DNA of 63,964 nt, filler included. It is 5 parts of 5 records of this genome, joined end to end, with 100 filler letters (N's around TTAATTAATTAA, not from the genome) between each part and the next. Parts side by side here need not be neighbours in the genome. Positions count along the whole stretch, not along the records: positions 35,219 to 56,968 come from SRR22947725_2663; 4 more parts are not named here. One strand, written 5' to 3'. This document shows positions 35,119 to 46,986 of the stretch, one piece after another (within the stretch, counting starts at the first letter, position 1; each line of letters opens with the position of its first letter). Position numbers and translations under genes: made by a program. The notes under the pieces are model-generated. The model searched no databases. It saw only the letters and a list, made by a program, of their open reading frames with translations, and was not told the DNA's origin.

Positions 35119-35218
35119 NNNNNNNNNNNNNNNNNNNNNNNNNNNNNNNNNNNNNNNNNNNNTTAATTAATTAANNNNNNNNNNNNNNNNNNNNNNNNNN
35201 NNNNNNNNNNNNNNNNNN
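35119..35218. other. Artificial contig spacer
   Basis: N44-TTAATTAATTAA-N44. Confidence 0.98.
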
Positions 35219-36362
35219 TTTGAAAAGGAATATTTTTTCTTCTAAGAGCATCTTCGATTGATCTTGATTGAGCATTTGTTCTGTAAAGAACAGCAAATTC
35301 GTCATTTCTTAACTGTTGGTTATATTTTGCTTCAAATATTGATGAAGCGACAAACCTACCTTCTTCAGAATCTGTAATAGTTTGATTAATTTCAATTTTT
35401 TCACCAATTTCATTTTCTGTCCAAACCTTTTTGTCTAATTTGTTTAAATTGTTATTAATAACTGAATTAGCTGCGTTCACTATATTTTGAGTAGATCTAT
35501 AATTTTGCTCTAATCTGTAGACAGATGAATTAGGATAATCTTTTTGAAATGATAAAATGTTTTCAATATTCGCACCTCTAAATCCGTAAATACTTTGTGC
35601 ATCGTCTCCAACTACACAAATATTTTCAAACTTGTCAGCTAATGCTTTTACGATTAGATATTGCGAATGATTAGTGTCCTGATATTCATCTACATGAATA
35701 TATTTAAATCTTTGCTGATACTTATTTAGAACTTCTGGAAATCTATTTAATAGTTCATTAGTTTTAAGTAATAAATCATCAAAATCCATAGCTGACGCTT
35801 TAAAACATCGATTAACATAGGTTTGATAGATTTTACCGAACATAGGTCTTCTAGATTCTTTATCTTGTTGTATAAGTTCTTGGTTATTGTAATAAGCCTT
35901 AACAGTAACTAAGTTGTTTTTTAGTGATGATATTCTATTTCTAATATTTCTGTATTTATAAAGATCTTTATCAAGCTTTAATTCTTTTATTATTGAGGAT
36001 ATCAATCGTTCAGAATCTTGAGTATCATAAATTGAAAAATTTGAACTATACCCCAAATAATCTGCTTCTGATCTAAGTATTCTTGCAAAAATTGAATGAA
36101 ATGTTCCCATCCAAAGTGTTTTAGCTTTAGAGGCCCCGACAATTAAACCAATTCTTTCTTTCATTTCCCTTGCTGCCTTATTAGTAAAAGTAAGAGCTAA
36201 AATTGAAAATGGATCAACTCCCATTTCCATTAAATAGGCAATTCTATAAGTTAAAACTCTAGTTTTTCCTGATCCAGCGCCAGCAATTACCATTACGGGC
36301 CCGTCTTTGTGTATAGTAGGAAGCTTTTGAGAGTCATTTAACTGATTTAAATAGTCTTGCAA
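35219..36362 (-). CDS. uvrD: UvrD/PcrA DNA helicase, 3'-truncated
   Basis: AGAGSGKT, TFTNKAA, VDEYQDTN, VGDDAQSIY-x-FRGA, LEQNYRS. Confidence 0.95.
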
Positions 36363-36442
36363 ATCAATGAGTTTATAATTAAAATTAATAGAAATATACT
36401 TCTATTTTTTCCCTTATAAAGTTAATAAATTATATTAGTGTA

Positions 36443-38548
36443 GTGAAAGAAAATTTATTAAATACTTCAATTGATTATTTGAAAGGTGTTGGTCCAAACA
36501 GAGCTGAAATTTTAAAAAAAGAATTTCAAATTTTCACTTATTTAGATTTATTAAATTTTTTTCCCTTTAGATATATTGATAGGACTAAATTTCACAACAT
36601 TAATGAAATTCAGAAATCTATTGCAGACGTACAAATTATTGGAAAATTTACAGATCTCTATTATTTTAAAAATATTAAAACTAATAGATTAATAGGAACA
36701 TTTAAAAATGGAAATGATACTATTGAAATAGTTTGGTTTAAAGGTGCAAAATGGATAGAAAAATCAATCAAATTAAATACTGATTATGTCTTGTATGGAA
36801 AACCAAACTGGTATTTAAATAAATTCTCAATTGCGCATCCTGAACTAGATTTGCTTTCAGAATTTACTAAAAAACAGATTAAAGGATTATTACCAATCTA
36901 CAGTTCAAATGAAAGGGTTTTATCAAGAGGAATAACTAATAAGTTTTTTAGAGAAGTAATTTTTAATACTTTAAAACAATCGAGTGATTGTTTAAAAGAA
37001 AATTTAAGTAAAGAAATTAATGAAAAACATTCTTTAATTTCCAAACAACTGGCTTATAAAAATATTCATTTTCCTACTAATCATATGCTTTTATCTAAAG
37101 CAGAATTTAGATTAAAGTATGAGGAGTTTTTTTACTTACAATTAGAATTTTTAATGAGTAATATCTTTAAAAAGTCTAAATTCAAAGGATTTAATTTCTC
37201 GAAAGTTGGTAAAAGTTTTAATAAATTCTATAATGATCATTTATCTTTTTCACTAACTAATGCACAAAAAAAAGTAGTTAAAGAAATAAGAAAAGATTTT
37301 TCATCAAATGCACAAATGAATAGACTTCTTCAGGGTGATGTAGGATCAGGAAAAACAATTGTTGCTTTACTAAGTTCGTTAATTGCAATAGACAATCACT
37401 TTCAGGTTTGTTTTTTGGCGCCTACAGAAATTTTAGCTCAACAGCACTACAATAGTTTAAACGATTCATTAAAAAATATAAATATTAATGTAAACATATT
37501 AACAGGTTCTTCTTCAAAAAAAGATAGAGTTAAATTATTTTCAGATCTTAAAGGCGGTGAAATTGATATTTTAGTTGGAACACATGCAGTTTTAGAAGAT
37601 AATGTAAAGTTCAAAAATTTAGGGTTCGTTATAATTGATGAACAACATAAATTTGGAGTAGCTCAAAGATCAAAGCTTTGGAAAAAAAATATTAATCCTC
37701 CACATGTTTTAGTAATGACAGCCACTCCGATTCCAAGAACATTAGCTATGACCGTTTATGGAGATTTGGATATTTCCATTATTGATGAACTTCCACCTGG
37801 AAGAAAAATAGTAAAAACAGTTCACAGATCAGATAGTAATAGGCTTGAAATTTTTAGATTTTTAAAAGATGAAATTAGAAAAGGTAGACAAGTATACATT
37901 GTTTATCCTTTAATTGAAGAATCTAAAACAATGGATTATAAGGATTTGATGGACGGATATGAAAGTATTTCTAGAGAATTTCCTAATAAAGAATATCAGT
38001 TAAGCATTTTACATGGCAGAATGAAATCTGAAGACAAGGCCTTTGAAATGAAAAGATTTAAAGATGGAAAAACTAATATTATGGTTTCTACCACTGTTAT
38101 TGAAGTGGGTGTGAACATTCCTAATGCAAGTGTAATGGTAATAGAAAGTTCAGAAAAATTTGGATTGTCGCAATTACATCAGTTAAGAGGTAGAGTTGGA
38201 AGAGGCTCTGAGAATAGTTATTGTATATTAATGACATCTGATAAGCTTAGTTCTGATGCAAGGAAAAGAATAAAAACTATGACAAGTACAAATGATGGTT
38301 TCAAAGTTGCTGAAGTAGATATGGAAATTAGAGGTCCTGGAAATTTATTGGGTACTCAACAAAGTGGATTGTTAAATCTTAAGATAGCTAATATAATTAC
38401 AGATAAAGAAATTTTAGAATCAGCTAGACACGATGCTGAAAAGATTATTTCTAGTGATCAAAAATTAATTAAAATTGAAAATAAATTAATTAAGGAGGAA
38501 TATAATAAGAAAACAAAAAACACTCTTTTGTGGAAGCATATTAGTTAA
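36443..38548 (+). CDS. recG: ATP-dependent DNA helicase RecG
   Basis: LQGDVGSGKT, IDEQHKFG, MTATPIPRTL, QLHQLRGRVGR. Confidence 0.97.
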   Translation: MKENLLNTSIDYLKGVGPNRAEILKKEFQIFTYLDLLNFFPFRYIDRTKFHNINEIQKSIADVQIIGKFTDLYYFKNIKTNRLIGTFKNGNDTIEIVWFKGAKWIEKSIKLNTDYVLYGKPNWYLNKFSIAHPELDLLSEFTKKQIKGLLPIYSSNERVLSRGITNKFFREVIFNTLKQSSDCLKENLSKEINEKHSLISKQLAYKNIHFPTNHMLLSKAEFRLKYEEFFYLQLEFLMSNIFKKSKFKGFNFSKVGKSFNKFYNDHLSFSLTNAQKKVVKEIRKDFSSNAQMNRLLQGDVGSGKTIVALLSSLIAIDNHFQVCFLAPTEILAQQHYNSLNDSLKNININVNILTGSSSKKDRVKLFSDLKGGEIDILVGTHAVLEDNVKFKNLGFVIIDEQHKFGVAQRSKLWKKNINPPHVLVMTATPIPRTLAMTVYGDLDISIIDELPPGRKIVKTVHRSDSNRLEIFRFLKDEIRKGRQVYIVYPLIEESKTMDYKDLMDGYESISREFPNKEYQLSILHGRMKSEDKAFEMKRFKDGKTNIMVSTTVIEVGVNIPNASVMVIESSEKFGLSQLHQLRGRVGRGSENSYCILMTSDKLSSDARKRIKTMTSTNDGFKVAEVDMEIRGPGNLLGTQQSGLLNLKIANIITDKEILESARHDAEKIISSDQKLIKIENKLIKEEYNKKTKNTLLWKHIS

Positions 38549-38578
38549 CATATTATTTAATTTAAATATTCTTAATTG

Positions 38579-38586
38579 TATCTTTG
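38579..38586 (+). promoter_or_regulatory. Bacteroidetes -7 promoter element TAnnTTTG (also at 42882-42889 -, 45882-45889 -, 45936-45943 +, 48273-48280 -, 48679-48686 +, 49817-49824 +)
   Basis: Motif recurs just upstream of pheT, ABC-F, SRP RNA, QC, glyA, smpB and Gfo. Confidence 0.7.
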
Positions 38587-38607
38587 AAATTCAAATAATA
38601 AAATCTA

Positions 38608-41022
38608 ATGAACATTTCATTTAATTGGTTATCAGAATTTTTAAAAATTGATTTAAAAATTGAAGAAGTTTCAGAAATTCTCACTGATATTGGTTTGGAA
38701 GTTGAGGGCATTGAAAAGTTTGAACAGTATAAAGGTAGTCTCAAGGGACTTATAGTTGGAGAAGTTATTTATTGTGAACAACACCCAAACGCTGATAGAT
38801 TAAAACTTACCAAAGTTAATGTTGGGAATGAAAACATATTACAAATCGTTTGTGGCGCACCTAACGTTAAATTAAACCAGAAAGTGGTTGTTGCAACTGT
38901 TGGTACAATTTTACACCCTTTAAATAATGAAAAATTTAAGATAACTAAAAGTAAAATTAGGGGTGAAATTAGCCAAGGTATGATTTGTGCTGAGGATGAA
39001 ATCGGAATTGGCAATTCCCATGATGGTATTATAGTTTTGGATGCTAAATACAAACCTGGAACAAAAATTTCAAAAATATATGAAAATTATAGCGATCAGG
39101 TATTTAATATTGGTTTAACACCTAATAGATCTGATGCCATGAGTCATCTAGGTGTTGCTAGAGATTTAAGAGCAGCTTTAATGCACAAAGGACATAAAGT
39201 TGAATTAATAACGCCATCAGTTTCTTCATTTCATATAAATTCAAGAACTCAAAAAGTTAATATAAATGTACAAGACTCTAATTTATGCCCAAGGTTTACA
39301 GGAGTCTGTATTGAAAATATTTCCGTAAAAGAATCACCTTCTTGGTTACAAAACAGGTTAAAATCTATTGGTCTAACTCCCTTAAATAATGTTGTTGATA
39401 TTACAAATTTTGTTTTACACGAGATTGGACAACCACTACATGCTTACGATTTTGATAAAATCACAACTAAATCAATTAATGTAAAGACGTTAAGTGAAGG
39501 AACAGAGTTTACTACTTTGGATGGTGATACAAGAAAACTTCTTAAAACTGACTTAATGATATGTGATGCTGACACTCCAATGTGTATAGCTGGAGTTTTT
39601 GGAGGTCAAAATCACGGAATTACTAATGAAACGAAATCGATTTTTCTAGAAAGTGCTTATTTTGACCCAGTATCTATTAGAAAAACAGCCAAGCATCATG
39701 GAATTAATAGTGATGCATCTTTCAGGTTTGAACGTGGAATTTGTATTGATTCTGTTGATTATGCTCTTAAAAGAGCTGCAATTTTAATTTGTGAACTTTG
39801 TGGTGGTAATATATCTAGTGATGTTATTGATGAATTCCCAAAAAAGCCAGAAGAAAAATCAATACTTTTAAATTTTAACAAAACAAATAAATTAATAGGA
39901 CAAGAAATTCCAAGAGAGGAAATTAAATCAATTTTAACATCATTAGATTTTAAAATTAATAATATTACCGAAACCGGTGTTGGTATTACTGTTCCTTTTT
40001 ACAGACATGATGTTACTAGAGAATGTGACGTAATTGAAGAAATTCTTAGGATTTTCGGCTATAATGAAATTAAATTATCAAATAACTTATCACTTCCAAT
40101 TATTCAAGAGAGTTATAACAAGAATCATAAAACAGAAAACACAATAGCCAACTTATTAATTCCTTTCGGATTTAATGAAATAATGAATAATTCACTAACC
40201 AGTAACAAATTAAATGTTTTAAATAGAGAAAGTGTAAATATTATTAATTCTATTAGCTCAGATATTTCTCAATTAAGAACGAGCTTACTCGAGTCAAGTT
40301 TAAAAACACTAAAATTTAATTTGAATAGAAAAAATAAGAATAATAAATTTTTTGAGTTTGGAAAAATATATGAAATGATCAACAATAAAACTACTGAATC
40401 TAAAAGACTTAGTGTAGTTTTTGCTAATGACTTATTTAATAATACTTGGAACAATAAATCTGCTAGCTCAGATTTTTATTACCTTAAAAATATAATTCTT
40501 AATATTTTTAGCAAATTATCTATAAATACAACGGAAAAAATAATTAATCATGACGCATTCAATAATACTTTAGGATTGTTTCATAAAAAAAATAATATAG
40601 CACTAATTGGTGATGTCAAAAATCAATTGCTTTCTGAATTTGCTATTAAAAATAAAGTTTATTATGCATCTTTAGATCTTGATTATGTTTTAGAATTAAT
40701 AAATGATGATTTTATAAAATATAATCAACTATCAAAATTTCCAAACGTAAAAAGAGAATTAAATTTCTTACTTGAAAATAATGTAAAATATAATGAAATT
40801 GAGAACTACATATTAAATCAATCTAATATTAAAAATTTAAATAAAATGACTTTAAGTGATGTTTACGAAGATGATAAATTACCTAAAGGAAAAAAATCAT
40901 ACACATTAAACTTTACATTGCTTGATCAAATAAAAACACTTTCTGAGAAAGAGATATCACTAACAATGAATAAAATTCAATCAAAAATTGAATCAAAATT
41001 TAATGCTGAGCTCCGTTCTTAA
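38608..41022 (+). CDS. pheT: Phenylalanine--tRNA ligase beta subunit
   Basis: HPNADRL, IVCGAPNV, LTPNRSD, GQPLHAYD, ASFRFERG. Confidence 0.96.
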   Translation: MNISFNWLSEFLKIDLKIEEVSEILTDIGLEVEGIEKFEQYKGSLKGLIVGEVIYCEQHPNADRLKLTKVNVGNENILQIVCGAPNVKLNQKVVVATVGTILHPLNNEKFKITKSKIRGEISQGMICAEDEIGIGNSHDGIIVLDAKYKPGTKISKIYENYSDQVFNIGLTPNRSDAMSHLGVARDLRAALMHKGHKVELITPSVSSFHINSRTQKVNINVQDSNLCPRFTGVCIENISVKESPSWLQNRLKSIGLTPLNNVVDITNFVLHEIGQPLHAYDFDKITTKSINVKTLSEGTEFTTLDGDTRKLLKTDLMICDADTPMCIAGVFGGQNHGITNETKSIFLESAYFDPVSIRKTAKHHGINSDASFRFERGICIDSVDYALKRAAILICELCGGNISSDVIDEFPKKPEEKSILLNFNKTNKLIGQEIPREEIKSILTSLDFKINNITETGVGITVPFYRHDVTRECDVIEEILRIFGYNEIKLSNNLSLPIIQESYNKNHKTENTIANLLIPFGFNEIMNNSLTSNKLNVLNRESVNIINSISSDISQLRTSLLESSLKTLKFNLNRKNKNNKFFEFGKIYEMINNKTTESKRLSVVFANDLFNNTWNNKSASSDFYYLKNIILNIFSKLSINTTEKIINHDAFNNTLGLFHKKNNIALIGDVKNQLLSEFAIKNKVYYASLDLDYVLELINDDFIKYNQLSKFPNVKRELNFLLENNVKYNEIENYILNQSNIKNLNKMTLSDVYEDDKLPKGKKSYTLNFTLLDQIKTLSEKEISLTMNKIQSKIESKFNAELRS

Positions 41023-41028
41023 GATTAT

Positions 41029-41250
41029 ATGAAGGACAAACAAGTACTTTTATATAAAGGTTCTTTTATTAATTGCAAAAGATTAGAACTAGAACTCATT
41101 TCAGATAAAATCAACCCAATTATTGTAAATAATAAGCAGTCTGCAATACTATCTGGTTTTGGTTATAACCCAAACGACAACATATTTGTTTATGTATTTG
41201 AAGATCAAATAGAAAAATCTAAAAAAATATTAGAAAGTTTAACTGTATAG
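41029..41250 (+). CDS. DUF2007-like small protein
   Basis: LY-x-GS-x-I...I-x-PI...SA-x-LSGFG...VYV pattern; follows pheT. Confidence 0.6.
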   Translation: MKDKQVLLYKGSFINCKRLELELISDKINPIIVNNKQSAILSGFGYNPNDNIFVYVFEDQIEKSKKILESLTV

Positions 41251-42861
41251 TTTAGATCTTAGCTCTTTTATCTTCGGATCATTTATATAAGAATCAAATG
41301 TTGTTAACCTGTCTATAAGTCCTTTGGGAGTCAGCTCAATCACTCTGTTTCCTACAGATTTAGCAAATTCAAAATCGTGAGTACTTAAAATTACATTTCC
41401 CTTAAATTTTTTAATTGAATTATTTAAAGCTGTTATAGATTCTAAATCCAAATGACTTGTTGGTTCATCGAACATTAAAACATTTGATCTTAACATCATC
41501 ATTCTTGAAAGCATGCACCTTACTTTTTCACCTCCAGAAAGTACATCACAGTTTTTTAAAGCTTCTTCACCACTAAAAATCATTTTTCCAAGAAAACCTC
41601 TTATAAACACCTCTTCTCTTTCCTCGTCATTTTTAGACCATTGTCTGAGCCAATCAACTAAAGAAATCTTTTCTCGAAAATATGAATTGTTATCCAAAGG
41701 CAAATATGATTGACTAGTAGTTATTCCCCAGTCAAATCTACCAGTATTTGGGTTTAATTGATTGTTCAGAATTTCATAAAATGCTGTTGTTGCTCTTGTA
41801 TCTTTTGAATACAAGACTACTTTATCACCTTTGTTTAGATTAAAATCTATTTTATCAAATAATATACTTGTAGAATCGGAATAACTTAAATTTTCAACAG
41901 AGAGAATTTGATCACCAGCTTCTCTTTCAGATGTAAAAATCACGGCAGGATATCTTCTAGATGAGGGTTTTATATCCTCAATCTTGAGATTATCTAGCAT
42001 CTTTTTTCTTGATGTTGCCTGTTTAGATTTTGATGCATTTGCACTAAATCTGGCAATAAAATCTTCTAGTTCTTTCTTTTTTTCTTCAGATTTTCTGTTT
42101 TGTTGTGTTTTTTGTCTAAGTGCTAGTTGACTTGATTCATACCAAAACGTGTAGTTTCCGGAATAGTTATTTATTTTCCCAAAATCAATATCTGAAATAT
42201 GGGTACATACAGAATCTAAGAAGTGTCTATCATGAGATACAACAATACAAGTGTTATCGTAATTTGAAATAAAATTCTCAAGCCATTTAATTGTTTCAAA
42301 ATCTAAATCATTTGTAGGTTCATCCATTACTAATACATCGGGATTTCCAAATAGCGCTTGAGCTAATAAAACTTTTACTTTTTGAACACCATCTAATTCA
42401 CTCATGTTTTTATAGTGATGTTCTTCTTTTATATCTAAATTAGACAATAATGCTGCTGCCGAACTTTCTGCGTTCCATCCATCCATTTCCTCATATTCTA
42501 ATTGAAGAACCCCTACTCTATCACTATCCTTGTCTGAAAAATCTGGATTAGCATAAATTTCATCCATTTCCTTTTTAATACTAAAAAGTTCTTTATTACC
42601 CATGATAACTGTTTCTAAAACTTGTTTTTCATCAAAAGCAAAATGATTTTGTTCTAAAACTGACATTCTTTTACCAGTTTCTAAATGGACACTTCCTGAG
42701 TTTGGCTCAATTGATTTTGATAAAATTTTTAAAAAGGTTGATTTACCTGCACCATTGGCACCTATAATACCATAACAGTTACCTTTTACAAAAGAAGTAT
42801 TAACTTCATCGAATAATACTCTTTTGCCGAATTGAACAGAGAGATTAGAAACACTTAACAT
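41239..42861 (-). CDS. ABC-F family ATPase (YbiT-like)
   Basis: Two ABC domains, no TM segments; GANGAGKST, DEPTNDLD, RFSANASKSKQATSR. Confidence 0.92.
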   Translation of the reverse strand: MLSVSNLSVQFGKRVLFDEVNTSFVKGNCYGIIGANGAGKSTFLKILSKSIEPNSGSVHLETGKRMSVLEQNHFAFDEKQVLETVIMGNKELFSIKKEMDEIYANPDFSDKDSDRVGVLQLEYEEMDGWNAESSAAALLSNLDIKEEHHYKNMSELDGVQKVKVLLAQALFGNPDVLVMDEPTNDLDFETIKWLENFISNYDNTCIVVSHDRHFLDSVCTHISDIDFGKINNYSGNYTFWYESSQLALRQKTQQNRKSEEKKKELEDFIARFSANASKSKQATSRKKMLDNLKIEDIKPSSRRYPAVIFTSEREAGDQILSVENLSYSDSTSILFDKIDFNLNKGDKVVLYSKDTRATTAFYEILNNQLNPNTGRFDWGITTSQSYLPLDNNSYFREKISLVDWLRQWSKNDEEREEVFIRGFLGKMIFSGEEALKNCDVLSGGEKVRCMLSRMMMLRSNVLMFDEPTSHLDLESITALNNSIKKFKGNVILSTHDFEFAKSVGNRVIELTPKGLIDRLTTFDSYINDPKIKELRSKLYS

Positions 42862-42953
42862 ATAATAAGATTAAATTTTTGCAAACTTAATAAAATCAAG
42901 GTTATGAATTTTCTTTATTATTATTTAAATTAAATAAAAAAACAATTCATTAA

Positions 42954-44309
42954 ATGTTTAGATCAATTGCTGTTTGTTTATTAATCACATTTTTTATCGG
43001 ATGTAATAATCATAATAAAACTTTTATTAGTGGAAAAATTATTAAACCAACAAATAATGAAATTCTAATTTTAAAAGACGAAAAGATTATTAAAAAAATT
43101 ACTATAAATAATGAGGGAGTTTTTTCATCATCTCTAGAAAATTTAAACAATGGCCTTTATAATTTTATTCATCTTCCTGAATTTCAATACTTAATTATAA
43201 ATAAGGGAGATAGTTTAGTGTTACGATTGAATTCTTTGGATTTTGATGAATCTTTAGTTTTTTCTGGTTTAGGCGCCTCTAAAAACAATTACCTGATTGA
43301 TGTTTTTTTAGAACATGAAAAAGAGGAAAACTTTGTAAAGTCTAAGTACAAATCTTCAAAAATAGAATTCAAAAGTATCATTGATTCATTGACAAATATA
43401 AAAATCAAACATTATTCAAACTATAAATCTGTTATCAAAACTAATTTTATTTCTGATTTAATAATAAGTCATGCTATACTTATTCCACTCTACTCACACA
43501 TTGAAAACTTTATAATATTGAACAAAGAAAATCATACAGAAAATATTGATTATTTTAAAAAATACAGAGAAAGCATAGGCTTAAATATTTCTGAACTGTC
43601 TCACTTTAAACCCTACTTAGATTATATTACATTAAAATCTATTAATGAATCATTTTCATTAGATAAAGGTTACGATTATAATTTAAATTTTAATCTAGAA
43701 CGATTGAATTATATAAACGATCAAGTGTCTGATCAAACTATTAAAACAAAATTATTAAGGTTTATAGCGTATGAGTATTTATTGGAGGAAAAATTATTGA
43801 TTAATATAGATCAATTCATTTATGAGTTTTTAAAAATTTCTGAAAACAATAGTACAAATAATGAAGTTTCTGTTCTTTATGACAATATAAAAGCTTTACA
43901 AGAGGGTAAGTTATTACCAAAAATCAATCTTTACGATGAAAATAATATAATTAATGATATAGGTCTACAAATTAATTTTAATAAAAAAAATATTATTGTT
44001 TTTTGGTCATATGATCAAAATGCTCATCAAGTCAACTTGTTCAATAAAGTGAATTTATTAAGTATGAAATATTTTAATTATCATTTTAATTTAATTAACA
44101 TTAATGATGATAGTTATAAATGGAAAAATAATTATCTAAATAATTTTAACAGTAATAGAATAGATAATTTTAGAGCAGTTAATTTTGAATCTATGAGTAA
44201 AAAAATGGTTTTAAACAATTTGAATAAGGTTCTAATTACAGATAAAAAAGGTGTGATTATAAAAATTACGACTCTAGCAGACTTAGAAAAAATAGTAATA
44301 ACTGATTAA
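42954..44309 (+). CDS. Lipoprotein with C-terminal TlpA/thioredoxin-like fold lacking CxxC
   Basis: FFIGC lipobox; IVFWS at the thioredoxin active-site position without cysteines. Confidence 0.6.
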   Translation: MFRSIAVCLLITFFIGCNNHNKTFISGKIIKPTNNEILILKDEKIIKKITINNEGVFSSSLENLNNGLYNFIHLPEFQYLIINKGDSLVLRLNSLDFDESLVFSGLGASKNNYLIDVFLEHEKEENFVKSKYKSSKIEFKSIIDSLTNIKIKHYSNYKSVIKTNFISDLIISHAILIPLYSHIENFIILNKENHTENIDYFKKYRESIGLNISELSHFKPYLDYITLKSINESFSLDKGYDYNLNFNLERLNYINDQVSDQTIKTKLLRFIAYEYLLEEKLLINIDQFIYEFLKISENNSTNNEVSVLYDNIKALQEGKLLPKINLYDENNIINDIGLQINFNKKNIIVFWSYDQNAHQVNLFNKVNLLSMKYFNYHFNLININDDSYKWKNNYLNNFNSNRIDNFRAVNFESMSKKMVLNNLNKVLITDKKGVIIKITTLADLEKIVITD

Positions 44310-44959
44310 TTGCCTTTCTTGTAATCTGCTAAGAACTTTTCTAAACCAATATCAGTAAGAGGATGTTTAATTAAACCTTTAATTGATGATAAAGGACCTG
44401 TCATAACATCAGCTCCTATTTTAGCACAATCTATAATGTGCATAGTATGTCTTACTGAAGCGGCAAGAATTTGAGTATTAAAAGCATAATTATCATAAAC
44501 ATTTGCAATTTCTGAAATAAGATTAAGACCATCAGTTGAAATATCATCCAATCTTCCAATAAACGGTGAAACATATGTAGCTCCGGCTTTGGCAGCTATA
44601 AGCGCTTGACCTACTGAGAAAATTAATGTACAATTAGTTTTTATCCCTTTATTTGAAAAGTATTTTAATGCTTTAACTCCATCCAAAATCATTGGAATTT
44701 TTACAACAATTTGAGGATGTAGTTTAGCTAAAGCTTCACCTTCCTTAATCATACCTTTAAAGTCAGTAGAAATAACTTCAGCCGAAACATCTCCATCAAC
44801 AATTTCACATATTTTAATATAATGATTTAAAATATTTTCACTCCCTGTTATACCTTCTTTAGCCATCAATGAAGGATTAGTAGTAACTCCGTCAAGCACA
44901 CCAAGATCTTGTGCTTCTTTAATTTGTTGAAGATTTGCAGTGTCTATAAAAAATTTCAT
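44306..44959 (-). CDS. fsa: Transaldolase (short FSA/TalC type)
   Basis: [32 protein letters not shown]. Confidence 0.93.
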   Translation of the reverse strand: MKFFIDTANLQQIKEAQDLGVLDGVTTNPSLMAKEGITGSENILNHYIKICEIVDGDVSAEVISTDFKGMIKEGEALAKLHPQIVVKIPMILDGVKALKYFSNKGIKTNCTLIFSVGQALIAAKAGATYVSPFIGRLDDISTDGLNLISEIANVYDNYAFNTQILAASVRHTMHIIDCAKIGADVMTGPLSSIKGLIKHPLTDIGLEKFLADYKKGN

Positions 44960-44962
44960 AAT

Positions 44963-45766
44963 TTAATTTTTACTATAATTTAAAAGTATTTTTTCATACA
45001 ACCTATCCGGAAGAATATTTTTTAAAACTATTGAAAATTTCTGAATAAACTTACCTACTTTGTAGTGAATTTTTGGATTTTTTGAATTAATTATTTTATA
45101 TATTAATGTAGAAATAATTTCTGGTGTCCAAGCATTATCAACATGTTTATTTGCTGAAATCAAGGACCTAGTATAATCGTCAGTATAATTAGAATGATTT
45201 TTTGATATTGAATCAATTCTTCTAGTGGCTATGTTTGTTTTAAAGTCACCTGGAGCAACATTAACTACATTAATATTAAATTTTTTAAGTTCCATACTAA
45301 AAACTTCACCAATGATTTCAAGCGAACTTTTTGTGGCACAATACACTCCTCTAAATGGAATGCCAAAATAACCTAGAATTGAAGTTATATTAATAATTAA
45401 ACCATTATTACGATCTCTCATTGATGGTATGCACTCCTTGATAATTGCTATTGGTCCAAATAAATTAGTTTGATATGCACTTTTTATATCTGACTCACTC
45501 GTTTCCTCTAGTGGACCAGTTATTCCAATGCCGGCATTATTAATTAGTACATCGATATGATTTTCAATACTTAGAATATGTTTTATTGTTTTCTTTATGT
45601 CCAAACTAGATGTTATATCACATTTTAATAATTCATACTCTGGAATATCGTATTTATCTGGGTTTCTACAGGTCCCATAAACCTTATATCCTTTTGTAGT
45701 TAAAAATAGGGAAATGGATTTTCCTATTCCAGATGAAGCGCCTGTAATTAAAATAATTTTAGACAT
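44963..45766 (-). CDS. Short-chain dehydrogenase/reductase
   Basis: TGASSGIG, NNAG, YCATK. Confidence 0.9.
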   Translation of the reverse strand: MSKIILITGASSGIGKSISLFLTTKGYKVYGTCRNPDKYDIPEYELLKCDITSSLDIKKTIKHILSIENHIDVLINNAGIGITGPLEETSESDIKSAYQTNLFGPIAIIKECIPSMRDRNNGLIINITSILGYFGIPFRGVYCATKSSLEIIGEVFSMELKKFNINVVNVAPGDFKTNIATRRIDSISKNHSNYTDDYTRSLISANKHVDNAWTPEIISTLIYKIINSKNPKIHYKVGKFIQKFSIVLKNILPDRLYEKILLNYSKN

Positions 45767-45780
45767 ATTAAAAAAAAAAA

Positions 45781-45877
45781 GGGCAAGCTACTTACATCAC
45801 ACCGCTACAACTACCTACCCTTGCTGTGTTCCCACCCTGGGGGAATTAAATAGGAGCTGGTTGTGTAAGACTTGCCC
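45781..45877 (-). ncRNA. ffs: Signal recognition particle RNA (4.5S)
   Basis: Long hairpin closed by GGGCAAG/CTTGCCC with domain IV core CCAGGGTGGGAACACAGCAAGG; TATATTTG promoter 4 nt upstream and a T-run downstream. Confidence 0.9.
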
Positions 45878-45951
45878 ATTGCAAATATATATATGTTTTA
45901 TTAAATAAATATCTTTAGAAAAAATAATTAATAACTAAATTTGAAAAAAAA

Positions 45952-46986
45952 TTGATAATGATAAATAGACTTTATTCAATAATAATTTTGCTTTTATTAA
46001 TCTCTTGTGGCTCAACAAAAAAAGAAAATTTTAACATTGATCTTATAAAAACAAAAGAATATTTAAAAAATAATGATCAAATTGAATTTACTATCAATAA
46101 CCCCTTAAATAAAAACATTACAAATCTTCAATTTAAAATTGATAATAATTTAGTTTCAAGTCCATTTTTATTAAATAATAATTTAGGTAAAAATATATTA
46201 AAAGCTAGTTTTACTGTTGATGATAAAGAATATACTTTAAAAAAAGAATTTATTATTTATTCTTCAATCAAACCAAAAATATATACATATGAAATAATTA
46301 ACGAGTTTTCACATGACATGAATTCTTACACACAGGGTCTTGAATTTGATAATAACAATTTTTTATACGAGGGGACTGGTCAATATGGATTTTCAATGTT
46401 AAAAAAAGTAAATTTTGAATCTGGAGAAGTTCTAGAAAAATTATTTTTAGATAAATCTTATTTTGGTGAAGGAATTACTATTTTAAATAATAAAATTTAT
46501 CAGTTGACTTGGAAAAGTAAAATTGGTTTTATATATAACTTAAATGATTTCAAATTAATAAAATCCTTCAACTATAAAAATAGCATTGAAGGTTGGGGTT
46601 TATGTAATGACGGTGAATATTTATATAAATCAGATGGATCCGAGAAAATTTGGAAATTAAATAAAAATGATTTGGAAGAAATTAGTTTTGTTAATGTAGT
46701 AACCAACAATAAAGTGATTAATAAAATAAATGAACTAGAATGGTTTGATAATAAAATTTATGCTAACACTTATCAGTTTAATAAAGAAGTTGGGTTAATA
46801 ATAGAACCATCTAATGGTCAAGTTGATGGCGTTATAGATTTTAGTGGACTAAAAGATAAAGTCAAGAACCATCCTAAACTTGATGTTTTAAATGGAATAG
46901 CTTACAATAAAAAAAGGGGAACTTTTTTTATTACTGGAAAAAACTGGAATAAATTATTTGAAATTAAAATAATTGAGAAAAATTAG
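45952..46986 (+). CDS. Glutaminyl-peptide cyclotransferase (lipoprotein)
   Basis: LISC lipobox; HD[10 protein letters not shown], YFGEGIT, QLTW, EGWGL, SDGS, NELE, VLNGIAY; start may be 45958. Confidence 0.9.
   Translation: MIMINRLYSIIILLLLISCGSTKKENFNIDLIKTKEYLKNNDQIEFTINNPLNKNITNLQFKIDNNLVSSPFLLNNNLGKNILKASFTVDDKEYTLKKEFIIYSSIKPKIYTYEIINEFSHDMNSYTQGLEFDNNNFLYEGTGQYGFSMLKKVNFESGEVLEKLFLDKSYFGEGITILNNKIYQLTWKSKIGFIYNLNDFKLIKSFNYKNSIEGWGLCNDGEYLYKSDGSEKIWKLNKNDLEEISFVNVVTNNKVINKINELEWFDNKIYANTYQFNKEVGLIIEPSNGQVDGVIDFSGLKDKVKNHPKLDVLNGIAYNKKRGTFFITGKNWNKLFEIKIIEKN

Noticed and set aside
45714-45908. 64-aa plus-strand ORF
   Set aside because: It is antisense to the SRP RNA and the SDR start; spurious.
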